NCBI GenBank assembly: GCA_040513215.1
Contig: JBEVDR010000033.1
Location: forward strand, 7,461 to 71,460
Length of the DNA stretch: 64,000 nucleotides
Direction: 5' to 3'
Source of the DNA: Microbacteriaceae bacterium
GTDB taxonomy: Bacteria; Actinomycetota; Actinomycetes; Actinomycetales; Microbacteriaceae
Numbering within the stretch: the stretch's first letter is position 1; each line of letters starts with the position of its first letter. Below, in pieces: positions 19,535-28,956 of this stretch. The notes beneath the pieces are model-generated. The model was not told the origin of the DNA and ran no database searches. It saw only the letters and a list, made by a program, of their open reading frames with translations. The translations under genes were made by a program, and so were the position numbers.

Positions 19535-19591
19535 AAACAAGCATCTGGCACGGTGTGACTGTTTGCCGGGGGCCCTGAGCGCGGAGGCAAC

Positions 19592-20440
19592 ATGACGGTT
19601 GTACGAGCAGCGATCACCCAGACCACCTGGACCGGCGACAAGGAGTCGATGATCCAGAAGCACGAGCAGTTCGCGCGCGACGCGGCCGCCCAGGGTGCTC
19701 AAGTCATCTGCTTCCAGGAACTGTTCTACGGACCGTACTTCGGTATCACCGAAGACCCCAAGTACTACGAGTATGCCGAGCCGGCAGACGGGCCGATCGT
19801 GCAGCGATTCGCGAAACTCGCCAAGGAACTGGGCATGGTCATGGTGCTGCCGATCTACGAGGAGGACCAGCCAGGCGTCTACTACAACACCGCGGTGGTC
19901 GTCGACTCCGACGGCAGCATCCTCGGCAAGTACCGCAAGCACCACATCCCCAACCTCGACAAGTTCTGGGAGAAGTTCTACTTCCGGCCGGGCAACCTCG
20001 GCTACCCGGTGTTCAAGACAGCCGTCGGTCCAATCGGCGTGTACATCTGTTACGACCGGCATTTCCCAGAGGGATGGCGCGAACTCGGGCTGAATGGCGC
20101 CCAGATCGTCTTCAACCCGAATGCCACCAAGCCAGGGCTCTCGAACCGGCTCTGGCAGCTCGAGCAGCCGGCCGCGGCGGCCGCGAACGGCTATTTCGTG
20201 GCAGCCCCGAACCGCGTCGGAACCGAGGACAACGAGTACGGCGACCTCGCCGTGAATTTCTACGGTTCGAGCCAGTTCGTCGATCCGCAGGGCAACCTCG
20301 TGGGCGAGTACGGCAGCGACAGTGACGAGGAAGTGGTCATCCGCGACCTCGACCTCGACATGATCCGGAAGGTGCGCAACAACTGGCAGTTCTATCGCGA
20401 CCGCCGCCCCGAGTCCTACACGTCGATCCCGAAGCCGTAA
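19592..20440 (+). CDS. Nitrilase-family carbon-nitrogen hydrolase, likely beta-ureidopropionase
   Basis: Glu-Lys-Cys triad motifs FQELF, YRKHHIP and ICYDRHFPEG; also WEKFYFRPGN and FYRDRRP. Adjacent to dihydropyrimidinase. Confidence 0.85.
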   Translation: MTVVRAAITQTTWTGDKESMIQKHEQFARDAAAQGAQVICFQELFYGPYFGITEDPKYYEYAEPADGPIVQRFAKLAKELGMVMVLPIYEEDQPGVYYNTAVVVDSDGSILGKYRKHHIPNLDKFWEKFYFRPGNLGYPVFKTAVGPIGVYICYDRHFPEGWRELGLNGAQIVFNPNATKPGLSNRLWQLEQPAAAAANGYFVAAPNRVGTEDNEYGDLAVNFYGSSQFVDPQGNLVGEYGSDSDEEVVIRDLDLDMIRKVRNNWQFYRDRRPESYTSIPKP

Positions 20441-20457
20441 AGAAGCCGGATAGGGGA

Positions 20458-21897
20458 ATGACCGTGAAGACTCTTATCAAGAACGGCACCGTCGTCAACG
20501 CCACCGGAACTGCAGCCGCCGACATCCTGATCGACGGCGGCACCATCGCCGCCGTGCTGGCGCCCGGATCCACCCTGCTCGGCTTCGACGTGGAGAACAA
20601 CGTCGACACCGTGATCGACGCCAACGGCAAGTACGTGATTCCCGGCGGCATCGACGCGCACACCCACATGCAGCTGCCGTTCGGCGGCACCGAGGCATCC
20701 GACACCTTCGAGACCGGCACCAGGGCGGCCGCCCACGGCGGAACCACCTCGATCATCGACTTCGCCGTGCAGGTCTACGGCCAGCGCCTCGAAGACGGCC
20801 TCGCGGCGTGGCACGAGAAAGCCACCGGCAACTGCGCGATCGACTACGGGTTCCACCAGATCGTCGGGGATGTCACCCCCGACTCGCTCCAGGCGCTGAA
20901 GCGCCTGCCCGACGAGGGCATCAGCAGTTACAAGATGTTCATGGCCTACCCGGGAGTGTTCTACTCGGATGACGCGCAGGTCCTGAAGGCGATGCAGGTG
21001 GCGCGCGAGGCCGGCATGCTGACGATGATGCACGCCGAGAACGGCCCGGCGATCGACGTGCTCGCCCAGCAGCTGGTCGAACAGGGCAACACCGACCCGT
21101 ACTACCACGGCATCGCCCGCGCCTGGGAGCTCGAGGAAGAGGCGACGCACCGCGCGATCATGCTCGCGAAGCTCACCGGAGCGCCGCTGTACGTCGTGCA
21201 CGTGTCGGCGAAGCAGGCAGTTGAACAGATCGCCTGGGCGCGGAACAACGGGCAGAACGTCTTCGGTGAGACCTGTCCGCAGTACCTCTACCTGTCGCTG
21301 GAAGACCAGCTCGGGGCATCAAGTGACGAGTGGGGCAAGTTCGAGGGCGCCAAGTGGGTGTGCTCGACGCCCCTGCGGAGCCGCGCCGAGGGTCACCAGG
21401 ATTCGATGTGGCAGGCGCTTCGCACGAACGACCTGCAGACGGTGTCGACCGACCACTGCCCCTTCTGCATGAAGGACCAGAAGGAGCTCGGACTCGGCGA
21501 CTTCCGGAAGATCCCGAACGGCATCGGCGGGATCGAGCATCGGATGGACCTGATGTACCAGGGCGTCGTCACCGGGGAGATCACCCTGGAACGCTGGGTG
21601 GAGCTCACCAGCACAACACCTGCCCGCATGTTCGGCATGTACGGCAAGAAGGGCGTCATCCAGCCCGGCGCCGACGCCGACATCGTGATCTACGACCCGA
21701 ACGGGCACACCTCGATCGGGATCGGCAAGACCCACCACATGAACATGGACTACTCCGCCTGGGAGGGCTACGAGATCGACGGTCACGTCGACACCGTGCT
21801 GTCCCGCGGCCGCATCATCGTCGACGACAACCAGTACGTCGGACGCAAGGGCGACGGTGAATTCATCAAACGTGGCCTCAACCAGTACCTGATCTAG
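20458..21897 (+). CDS. hydA: Dihydropyrimidinase
   Basis: Motifs PGGIDAHTH, YKMFMAY, MMHAEN, YVVHVS, ETCPQY, STDHCPF and KIPNG. Confidence 0.92.
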   Translation: MTVKTLIKNGTVVNATGTAAADILIDGGTIAAVLAPGSTLLGFDVENNVDTVIDANGKYVIPGGIDAHTHMQLPFGGTEASDTFETGTRAAAHGGTTSIIDFAVQVYGQRLEDGLAAWHEKATGNCAIDYGFHQIVGDVTPDSLQALKRLPDEGISSYKMFMAYPGVFYSDDAQVLKAMQVAREAGMLTMMHAENGPAIDVLAQQLVEQGNTDPYYHGIARAWELEEEATHRAIMLAKLTGAPLYVVHVSAKQAVEQIAWARNNGQNVFGETCPQYLYLSLEDQLGASSDEWGKFEGAKWVCSTPLRSRAEGHQDSMWQALRTNDLQTVSTDHCPFCMKDQKELGLGDFRKIPNGIGGIEHRMDLMYQGVVTGEITLERWVELTSTTPARMFGMYGKKGVIQPGADADIVIYDPNGHTSIGIGKTHHMNMDYSAWEGYEIDGHVDTVLSRGRIIVDDNQYVGRKGDGEFIKRGLNQYLI

Positions 21898-21905
21898 GGA
21901 GAGCC

Positions 21906-22922
21906 ATGGATTTCGGAGTAGTACTGCAGACCAACCCGCCGGCCTCACGCACCGTGCACTTGGCGAAACTCGCCGAGCAGTACGGGTTCACTCACGCCTG
22001 GACCTTCGACTCTCACCTGCTCTGGCAGGAGCCGTACGTGATCTACAGCCAGATCCTGGCCGAGACCACGCGCATCACGGTCGGGCCCATGGTCACCAAC
22101 CCGGCCACCCGCGACTGGACGGTCACCGCGTCGCTGTACGCCACCCTCAACGACATGTACGGCAACCGCACGATCTGCGGCATCGGCCGCGGAGACTCCG
22201 CAGTGCGGGTCACCGGCGGCGAGCCCACGACGCTGAAGACACTGCGCGAATCGATCCACATCATCCGCGAGCTGGCGAACAGCAGACCGGTCGAGTACCA
22301 CGGGTCGACCCTCCAGTTCCCCTGGAGCCGCGGCTCACAGCTGGACATCTGGGTGGCGGCCTACGGACCACTGGCGCTGAAGCTGGCCGGCGAGGTGGGG
22401 GACGGCTTCATCCTGCAACTGGCCGACCTCGACATCGCGAGCTGGATGATCAAGACGGTTCGGGATGCCGCCCAGGCGGCGGGCCGCGACCCGATGTCCG
22501 TGAAATTCTGCGTGGCCGCCCCGATGTACGTCGGCGACGACCTGCCGCACATGCGCGATCAGACACGCTGGTTCGGCGGCATGGTGGGCAACCACGTCGC
22601 CGACATCGTGGCCAAGTACGGAGAGCACGGCGCCGTTCCCGAGGCGCTCACCGACTACATCCGAGGCCGGCAGGACTACGACTACAACGAACACGGCCAG
22701 GCCGGGAACGTGCACACCCAGTTCGTGCCAGACGAGATCGTCGACCGGTTCTGCGTGCTCGGCACCGCCGACCAGCACATCGAGAAGCTGAAGGCGCTGA
22801 AAGACTTGGGCGTCGACCACTTCGCCGGATACCTGCAGCATGACAATAAAGAGGAGACCCTGCGGGTCTACGGCGAGACCGTGATCCCGACGCTCAGAGA
22901 GCACATCGTGGCCAAGGCATGA
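21906..22922 (+). CDS. F420-dependent LLM-class oxidoreductase (TIGR03842-like)
   Basis: Motifs MDFGVVLQT, WTFDSHLLWQEP, VTNPATRD, GIGRGDSA and YDYNEHG. Confidence 0.82.
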   Translation: MDFGVVLQTNPPASRTVHLAKLAEQYGFTHAWTFDSHLLWQEPYVIYSQILAETTRITVGPMVTNPATRDWTVTASLYATLNDMYGNRTICGIGRGDSAVRVTGGEPTTLKTLRESIHIIRELANSRPVEYHGSTLQFPWSRGSQLDIWVAAYGPLALKLAGEVGDGFILQLADLDIASWMIKTVRDAAQAAGRDPMSVKFCVAAPMYVGDDLPHMRDQTRWFGGMVGNHVADIVAKYGEHGAVPEALTDYIRGRQDYDYNEHGQAGNVHTQFVPDEIVDRFCVLGTADQHIEKLKALKDLGVDHFAGYLQHDNKEETLRVYGETVIPTLREHIVAKA

Positions 22923-23851
22923 CAGACGTTCAACCGGCATTCGCGCCCATCCCGCCGGCGCTCAGACGGCGGAGATCACCCAAGCGGATACTCTCCGCGT
23001 GGGGGTTCGGAGCGCTCGGCGTCCTCTCGCTCGTCGCGGTCTGGGAACTGTACAAGCTGCTCGGCCCCGAGGACGGGGTGGTGATCGGCGACATCCGCGT
23101 GCTGCCACGCACCAGCGACCTCGCCATGCCGCACGTCTGGGACATGCTGACGCGACTGGCCGAACCAGTCACCCGGTCGGCGGATGCGCTCCCGCTCTGG
23201 GTCGTGGTGGCGCAGGCCGCCCTGGTCACCCTCGGCATCGCCGCGGTCGGCTGGCTGGTCGCGGTCGTGGTCGGCATCGGGCTGGCACTCGTGATGCAAC
23301 GCTGGCGGATCGCCGAGTGGGGACTGCTGCCCTGGATCGTGCTCAGCCAAACCATCCCGCTCATCGCGTTCGCGCCGGTGGTGCGCAGCTGGGGATCCCG
23401 AGTGGAGATCGGCGCGTTTGAATGGCAGGACTGGATGTCGGTGGCGCTGATCGCGTCCTACCTCGCGTTCTTCCCCGTGGCCGTCGGCGCTCTGAAGGGC
23501 CTGCAGTCACCGGACGCCATCCACGTCGACCTGATGCACAGCTACGCCACCGGTTGGTGGCGGAGCCTCATCTGGCTGCGCTTCCCGGCGGCGGTGCCCT
23601 ACCTGCTGCCCGCGCTCCGGCTTGCCGCCGCCAATGCCGTCATCGGCGCGGTGGTCGCCGAGGTCTCGACAGGCCTGCAGGGCGGCATCGGCCGCATCCT
23701 CATCCAATACGCCGGACAGGCCAGCGGCGACCCCGAGAAGGCGTGGGGTCCGATCTTCGGATCGATCGTGCTCGGCCTCGTCGCCGCCGGATCGATCGCC
23801 ATCCTCGGCGCAATACTCAAGAACTACCGACGGGTAGAGGTCAACACGTGA
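22919..23851 (+). CDS. ABC transporter permease (NitT/TauT family)
   Basis: TM helices, SQTIPLIAFAP, EAA-like loop and GAVVAE. Confidence 0.88.
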   Translation: MTDVQPAFAPIPPALRRRRSPKRILSAWGFGALGVLSLVAVWELYKLLGPEDGVVIGDIRVLPRTSDLAMPHVWDMLTRLAEPVTRSADALPLWVVVAQAALVTLGIAAVGWLVAVVVGIGLALVMQRWRIAEWGLLPWIVLSQTIPLIAFAPVVRSWGSRVEIGAFEWQDWMSVALIASYLAFFPVAVGALKGLQSPDAIHVDLMHSYATGWWRSLIWLRFPAAVPYLLPALRLAAANAVIGAVVAEVSTGLQGGIGRILIQYAGQASGDPEKAWGPIFGSIVLGLVAAGSIAILGAILKNYRRVEVNT

Positions 23852-24654
23852 CAAGCGAAGCGGTAACCATTACGGATGTCGACAAGACGTTCGAGACCCG
23901 GTCAGGCCAGGTATCGGCGCTGCAGGGCATCAACCTCACCGTGGCGGCCGGAGAGTTCGTCTCGTTGATCGGCCCGTCCGGCTGCGGCAAATCGACGCTG
24001 ATGCGGCTGATTGCCGATCTGGACACGCCCACCAGCGGCACGGTGCAGGTGTTCGGCAAGAGCGCCAGTCATGCCAGGCGCGACCAGGATTACGGCATCG
24101 CGTTCCAGCAGGCGGGTCTGCTGCCGTGGCGCACCGTGGCCGGCAACATCGAACTGCCGCTGGCGCTGCACGGGATCGGCTCCCGGCAGCGCAAAGAGCG
24201 CGTCGCCGAGCTGATCGACCTGGTCGGGCTCAGCGAGTTCGCCGACCGCTTCCCCGACCAGTTGTCGGGCGGAATGCAGCAGCGCGTGGCGATCGCCCGA
24301 GCTCTCGCCGAGAAGCCGGCGCTGCTGCTGATGGACGAGCCATTCGGTGCTCTGGACGAGATGACCAGGGAACGGATGCAGACCGAACTCGTGCGAATCT
24401 GCGCCGAGACGAAGGCGGCCGTAGTGTTCGTAACCCACTCCATCCCGGAAGCGGCCTTTCTCTCCGACCGGGTGGTCGTCATGTCGCCACGCCCGGGACG
24501 GGTCCAGGAGATCATCCCGATGCGCCTCGGGGCGGCCCGCACCGAGGGGCTGCGTGAAGAGCACGCCTTCTTCGACATGGTCACCGCGGTGCGCGAGGCG
24601 CTGCACCAGGGATCGCCGGTCCCAACCGGCCCGCGCGGGATGGAGACCCGCTGA
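23848..24654 (+). CDS. ABC transporter ATP-binding protein (NitT/TauT family)
   Basis: Motifs GPSGCGKST, LSGGMQQR, LMDEPFGALD and VTHSI. GTGA overlap at 23848. Confidence 0.92.
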   Translation: MTSEAVTITDVDKTFETRSGQVSALQGINLTVAAGEFVSLIGPSGCGKSTLMRLIADLDTPTSGTVQVFGKSASHARRDQDYGIAFQQAGLLPWRTVAGNIELPLALHGIGSRQRKERVAELIDLVGLSEFADRFPDQLSGGMQQRVAIARALAEKPALLLMDEPFGALDEMTRERMQTELVRICAETKAAVVFVTHSIPEAAFLSDRVVVMSPRPGRVQEIIPMRLGAARTEGLREEHAFFDMVTAVREALHQGSPVPTGPRGMETR

Positions 24655-25427
24655 TGCGCGCCCTCAGCCCGCGCGCCGAGAACACGACGAGGATCATCGC
24701 CCCGGTCGCGGCCGGTGCGCTGGTGCTCGGCGCGTGGCAGCTATTGGTGACCGTCGGCGGTGTCGACGACTACCTGCTGCCCAGCCCGGCGTCGATCATC
24801 GACCAGATCGTCGAGTTCTGGCCCTCGATGGTGAGCGCGGCCGTGACCACCGGGCTGAACGCCCTGCTCGGGCTGATCATCGGATCGATGCTCGGCATCC
24901 TGTTCGCCCTGCTCGCCTCGCTCACCCGGGTGATCGACTTCATGAGTGCACCGGTGGTCGCTGCGCTCGCCGTGATCCCGATCGTGGCGCTCGCGCCGGT
25001 GCTGAATACGATGTTCGGCGCCGACTCGCAGATTGGCCGACAGGCCATCGCCGGCCTCGCCTCGTTCGTGCCGGTGTTCATCAACACGCTGCGCGGACTT
25101 CGGCAGACGCTGCCGGTGCACCGCGACCTGATGCGCTCCTACGCCGCCAGCCAGACGCAGGTCATGCGCACGGTCACTCTGCCCACCGCGACGCCGTTCG
25201 TCTTCACCGGCATCCGTATCGCGTCATCGCTCGCGGTGATCTCCGCGCTGGTCGCCGAGTACTTCGGCGGTCCGCGCGGCGGGCTCGGCGGCCTGATCTC
25301 GACCTCGGCGGCGTCGAGCGCGTACCCGCGCGCCTGGGCGTACGTGGTCGCGGGCATCGTGCTCGGGCTCGCCTTCTACCTCGCCACCCTCGCCCTCGAA
25401 CGCCTCGTGATGAGGCGGCGAAGCTGA
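24654..25427 (+). CDS. ABC transporter permease (NitT/TauT family)
   Basis: Motifs LLPSP, IPIVALAP and ALVAEYFGG. Confidence 0.88.
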   Translation: MRALSPRAENTTRIIAPVAAGALVLGAWQLLVTVGGVDDYLLPSPASIIDQIVEFWPSMVSAAVTTGLNALLGLIIGSMLGILFALLASLTRVIDFMSAPVVAALAVIPIVALAPVLNTMFGADSQIGRQAIAGLASFVPVFINTLRGLRQTLPVHRDLMRSYAASQTQVMRTVTLPTATPFVFTGIRIASSLAVISALVAEYFGGPRGGLGGLISTSAASSAYPRAWAYVVAGIVLGLAFYLATLALERLVMRRRS

Positions 25428-25525
25428 CCCACCAACGTCCCCGCGTGCCGGGCGAGGCTACCGCACCAACTGCTCCACCTCGCCAGCACTGCTCCACCTA
25501 AACAGCACAGACAGGATGGACTGAC

Positions 25526-26674
25526 ATGAAACGCAGCACACGTCGCATAGCGACATTCGGCGCCGTGGGACTCACCGCGGCGCTCCTCCTCGCGGCCTGT
25601 TCGCCCACCGCCGACGAACCGACCACCGAGGGCACGAACGGTGAACTCACCGAGGTGAAGCTGCAACTGCAGTGGCTGCCGCAGGGCCAGTTCGCCGGCT
25701 ACTTCGCCGCCCAGGAGGAGGGGTTCTTCGAGGAGGAGGGGCTGGACGTGGAGATCATCCCGTCCGGCGGCGACATCGTGCCGCAGGACGCCCTCGCCAA
25801 CGGTGATGTCGACTACGCCATCGCCTGGGTGCCCAAGGTGCTCGGCTCGATCGAGGCTGGCGCGAACGTGACCAACATCGCGCAGATCTTCCAGAAGTCC
25901 GGCACCCTGCAGGTGTCCTGGGCCGACTCCGGGATCGAGTCGGTCGCCGACTTCGAGGGCAGGAAGATCGGCTCCTGGGGTTTCGGCAACGAGTGGGAGA
26001 TCTTTGCGGCGATGGCCGCGGAGGGCCTGGACGCCACCACCGTGGAGATCATCACGCAGGACTTCAACATGAATGCCTTCCTGCAGGGTGACATCGACGC
26101 GGCGCAGGCGATGACCTACAACGAGTACGCCCAACTGTTGGAGACGCCGAACCCCGACACGGGGGAGCTGTACCAGCCCGAGGACTTCAACGTGATCAGC
26201 TACCAGGACACCGTCGGCGCGATGCTGCAGGACGCGATCTGGGCTGACACCGAGCGGCTGGACAGCGACGAGGAGTACCAGGACACCACGGTGGCCCTGC
26301 TGAAGGCCGTCATCAAGGGCTGGGCGTATGCCGCCCAGAATCCTGAGGAAGCGGCCGACATCACCATCGCGGCCGGATCCGGCTGGGGTCCGAGCCACGA
26401 GCTGTGGATGGTCAACGAGACCAACAAGCTGATCTGGCCGTCGCCGGACGGCATCGGCGTGATCGATCAGGCGGCGTGGGATGCCACGGTGGCGGCTGCC
26501 CTCAGCGCGGTGAACGAGACGGGCGCGAGCCTGATCACCGAGGAACCGCCCGCCACGGCGTTCACGAACGATTACATCCAGCAGGCGCTTGACGCGCTTG
26601 AGGGTGAGGACATCGACCTGACCGGGGAGAACTTCGCCCCGATCGAGGTCACCCTCGAAGAGGGCGGCAACTAA
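25526..26674 (+). CDS. ABC substrate-binding lipoprotein (NMT1/THI5-like; probable pyrimidine ligand)
   Basis: Lipobox LAAC; motifs LQLQWLPQGQFAGY, AQIFQKSG and AMTYNE. Confidence 0.87.
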   Translation: MKRSTRRIATFGAVGLTAALLLAACSPTADEPTTEGTNGELTEVKLQLQWLPQGQFAGYFAAQEEGFFEEEGLDVEIIPSGGDIVPQDALANGDVDYAIAWVPKVLGSIEAGANVTNIAQIFQKSGTLQVSWADSGIESVADFEGRKIGSWGFGNEWEIFAAMAAEGLDATTVEIITQDFNMNAFLQGDIDAAQAMTYNEYAQLLETPNPDTGELYQPEDFNVISYQDTVGAMLQDAIWADTERLDSDEEYQDTTVALLKAVIKGWAYAAQNPEEAADITIAAGSGWGPSHELWMVNETNKLIWPSPDGIGVIDQAAWDATVAAALSAVNETGASLITEEPPATAFTNDYIQQALDALEGEDIDLTGENFAPIEVTLEEGGN

Positions 26675-26682
26675 CCAACACT

Positions 26683-26718
26683 TGCCCCCGGCGAGACCGT
26701 ATGGTGTTGCCGGGGGCA
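26683..26718 (+). terminator. Strong hairpin after the binding-protein gene (terminator or mRNA stabiliser)
   Basis: TGCCCCCGGCGAGACC-GTAT-GGTGTTGCCGGGGGCA, 15 of 16 positions paired. No U-tract. Confidence 0.6.
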
Positions 26719-26786
26719 CCGGCGCCCCCACCGCGCCGCCCGGAACCCCGCAGGGGAGACCGACTGACCGCACGACTGGAGTGTTC

Positions 26787-28130
26787 ATGACCGAATTCGA
26801 CTTCTCGTCCGTGAGCCGCGAGGATGGCGAACGCACCCTCGACCTCGACCGCTCGCACGTGTTCCATTCCTGGTCGGCGCAGGGCTCGTTGCGCCCGATG
26901 GCGATCGCCGGAGGCAAGGGCTCCGTGGTCTGGGACTTCGACGGCAAGGATTACCTTGACTTCTCGAGCCAGCTCGTCAACACGAACATCGGCCACCAGC
27001 ATCCGGCGGTCATCGACGCCATCAAGCGGCAGGCTGACGTGCTGGCGACCGTGGGGCCCGCTCACGCCAACCGCGCCCGCGGCGAGGCCGCCAGCCGCAT
27101 CCTCGACAAGCTCGGCGGCAACTTCAGCAAGATCTTCTTCACCAACGGTGGCGCCGATGCCAATGAGAACGCGATGCGGATGGCGCGTCTCACCACCGGC
27201 CGCGACAAGGTGCTCAGCATGTACCGCAGCTACCACGGCACCACCGGTGCCGCGATTGTCGCCACCGGCGACTGGCGTCGGGTGCCGAACGAGTATGCGC
27301 GCGGCCACGTGCACTTCTTCGGCCCGTTCCCGTACCGGTCCGAGTTCTGGTCCGTCTCGCCGGCGCAAGAGAGCGAGCGGGCGCTGCACCACCTGGAACG
27401 GGTGATCCAGGCGGAGGGCGCCGATTCGATCGCGGCGATCCTGATCGAGACGATCCCCGGCACCGCCGGCGTGATCGTGCCGCCGCCCGGATACCTGCCA
27501 GGGGTGCGGGAGCTCGCCAACAAATACGGCATCGTGCTCATCCTCGACGAGGTAATGGTCGGCTTCGGCCGAACCGGGGAGTGGTTCGCCTTCCACGCGT
27601 TCGATGTGGCACCCGACCTGGTCACCTTCGCCAAGGGCGTGAACTCGGGCTATGTGCCGGTCGGAGGTGTGGCGATCTCGCCGGCCATTGCCGACGTGTT
27701 CACCAACCGGGTGTTCCCCGGTGGGCTCACCTATTCCGGACATCCGCTTGCCATGGCCTCGATCATCGGCTCGATCGACGCGATGCAGGACGAGGGCATC
27801 ATCGAGAACGCCCGGATGATCGGTGAGGAGCACCTGGGGCCGGGGCTCGCCGCGCTGATGGACGCGCATCCGCTGATCGGGGAGGTGCGCGGCAGCGGCG
27901 TGTTCTGGGCGCTCGATCTGGTCGACGACCTCGACACGCGCGCACCGGTGTCTGGGGCAGTGATCGGCTGGCTGAAGAAGGAGCTGCTGTCGCTCGGGTT
28001 GCTGCCGTTCACGGCGGACAACCGGATCCATGTCGTTCCGCCGTGCGTGGTCACCCCGAACGAGGTGGCGAGAGCGCTCGACATCTACGACCAGGCGTTC
28101 ACGACCGTGGAGAACTCAATGATCCGTTAG
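26787..28130 (+). CDS. Class III PLP aminotransferase, likely beta-alanine/omega-amino acid transaminase
   Basis: Motifs YLDFSSQLVNTNIGH, FTNGGADANE, SYHG, LILDEVMVGFGRTG and FAKG. SD GGAG before ATG 26787. Confidence 0.87.
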   Translation: MTEFDFSSVSREDGERTLDLDRSHVFHSWSAQGSLRPMAIAGGKGSVVWDFDGKDYLDFSSQLVNTNIGHQHPAVIDAIKRQADVLATVGPAHANRARGEAASRILDKLGGNFSKIFFTNGGADANENAMRMARLTTGRDKVLSMYRSYHGTTGAAIVATGDWRRVPNEYARGHVHFFGPFPYRSEFWSVSPAQESERALHHLERVIQAEGADSIAAILIETIPGTAGVIVPPPGYLPGVRELANKYGIVLILDEVMVGFGRTGEWFAFHAFDVAPDLVTFAKGVNSGYVPVGGVAISPAIADVFTNRVFPGGLTYSGHPLAMASIIGSIDAMQDEGIIENARMIGEEHLGPGLAALMDAHPLIGEVRGSGVFWALDLVDDLDTRAPVSGAVIGWLKKELLSLGLLPFTADNRIHVVPPCVVTPNEVARALDIYDQAFTTVENSMIR

Positions 28131-28141
28131 AATTGATCGTT

Positions 28142-28708
28142 ATGCCTGCGTTCAAGAACACTCCTTATACCTTGGCGGTGCACGACATCATGCACCGTCC
28201 GGGGCTGATGCGTGAGCACCACCTGTCGATCCCGGCGCCCGAGCAGCTCGGTGACGGAATGGTGTCGGTTAAAGAGGGCGCGAAGGTCGAGCTCGAGGTG
28301 CGCCTGGAGGGCCTGCACGACGGCATCCTGGTCTCCACCGAGGTCGACACCGTGGCCACCGGACAGTGCGTGCGCTGCCTGATTGACATCGAACTGCCTG
28401 TCCAAGTCGAATTCCAAGAGCTTTTCGCGTATTCTTTCGACGAAGCTTTTGACTACACGGTTCACGATGACCACGTGGATCTTGAACCGGTAGTCAGGGA
28501 TGCGGTAGTGCTGTCACTGCCGTTCCAGCCGGTCTGCCGGCCGGACTGCCCAGGACTTGACCCGGAAACGGGGGAGCGCCTGGCAGATAATCCGGACAGG
28601 AAACCCCGCGATGTGCTTGACCCGAGGTGGTCTGCGCTCGAAGGCTTTCAGGCAGCCGCATCCGAAGACGAAGGCGCTGGAAACAGCGCCGATAGAGAGA
28701 AGAGATAA
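28142..28708 (+). CDS. YceD/DUF177 family protein
   Basis: Motifs CVRCL, DLEPVVRDAVVL and DPRW. Precedes rpmF. Confidence 0.9.
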   Translation: MPAFKNTPYTLAVHDIMHRPGLMREHHLSIPAPEQLGDGMVSVKEGAKVELEVRLEGLHDGILVSTEVDTVATGQCVRCLIDIELPVQVEFQELFAYSFDEAFDYTVHDDHVDLEPVVRDAVVLSLPFQPVCRPDCPGLDPETGERLADNPDRKPRDVLDPRWSALEGFQAAASEDEGAGNSADREKR

Positions 28709-28711
28709 GTA

Positions 28712-28915
28712 ATGGCCGTTCCGAAGCGGAAGCAGTCACGCTCCAACACGCACTCGCGCCGGTCGCAGTGGAAGGCCACGCCCGTGGCGCTGGTGAAGAC
28801 CATCGAAAACGGCAAGGTCACCTACAGCCTCCCGCACCGCGCCAAGGTCGTTGAAGACTCCGCAGGCACCGCCCTGTTCATGGAGTACAAGGGCCGCAAG
28901 GTCGCTGACGTCTAA
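28712..28915 (+). CDS. rpmF: 50S ribosomal protein L32 (cysteine-free form)
   Basis: Starts [22 protein letters not shown]. Confidence 0.95.
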   Translation: MAVPKRKQSRSNTHSRRSQWKATPVALVKTIENGKVTYSLPHRAKVVEDSAGTALFMEYKGRKVADV

Positions 28916-28956
28916 TCCGACGCCACCTCACATCATCGTCGAATCGGCCCGCGCCT

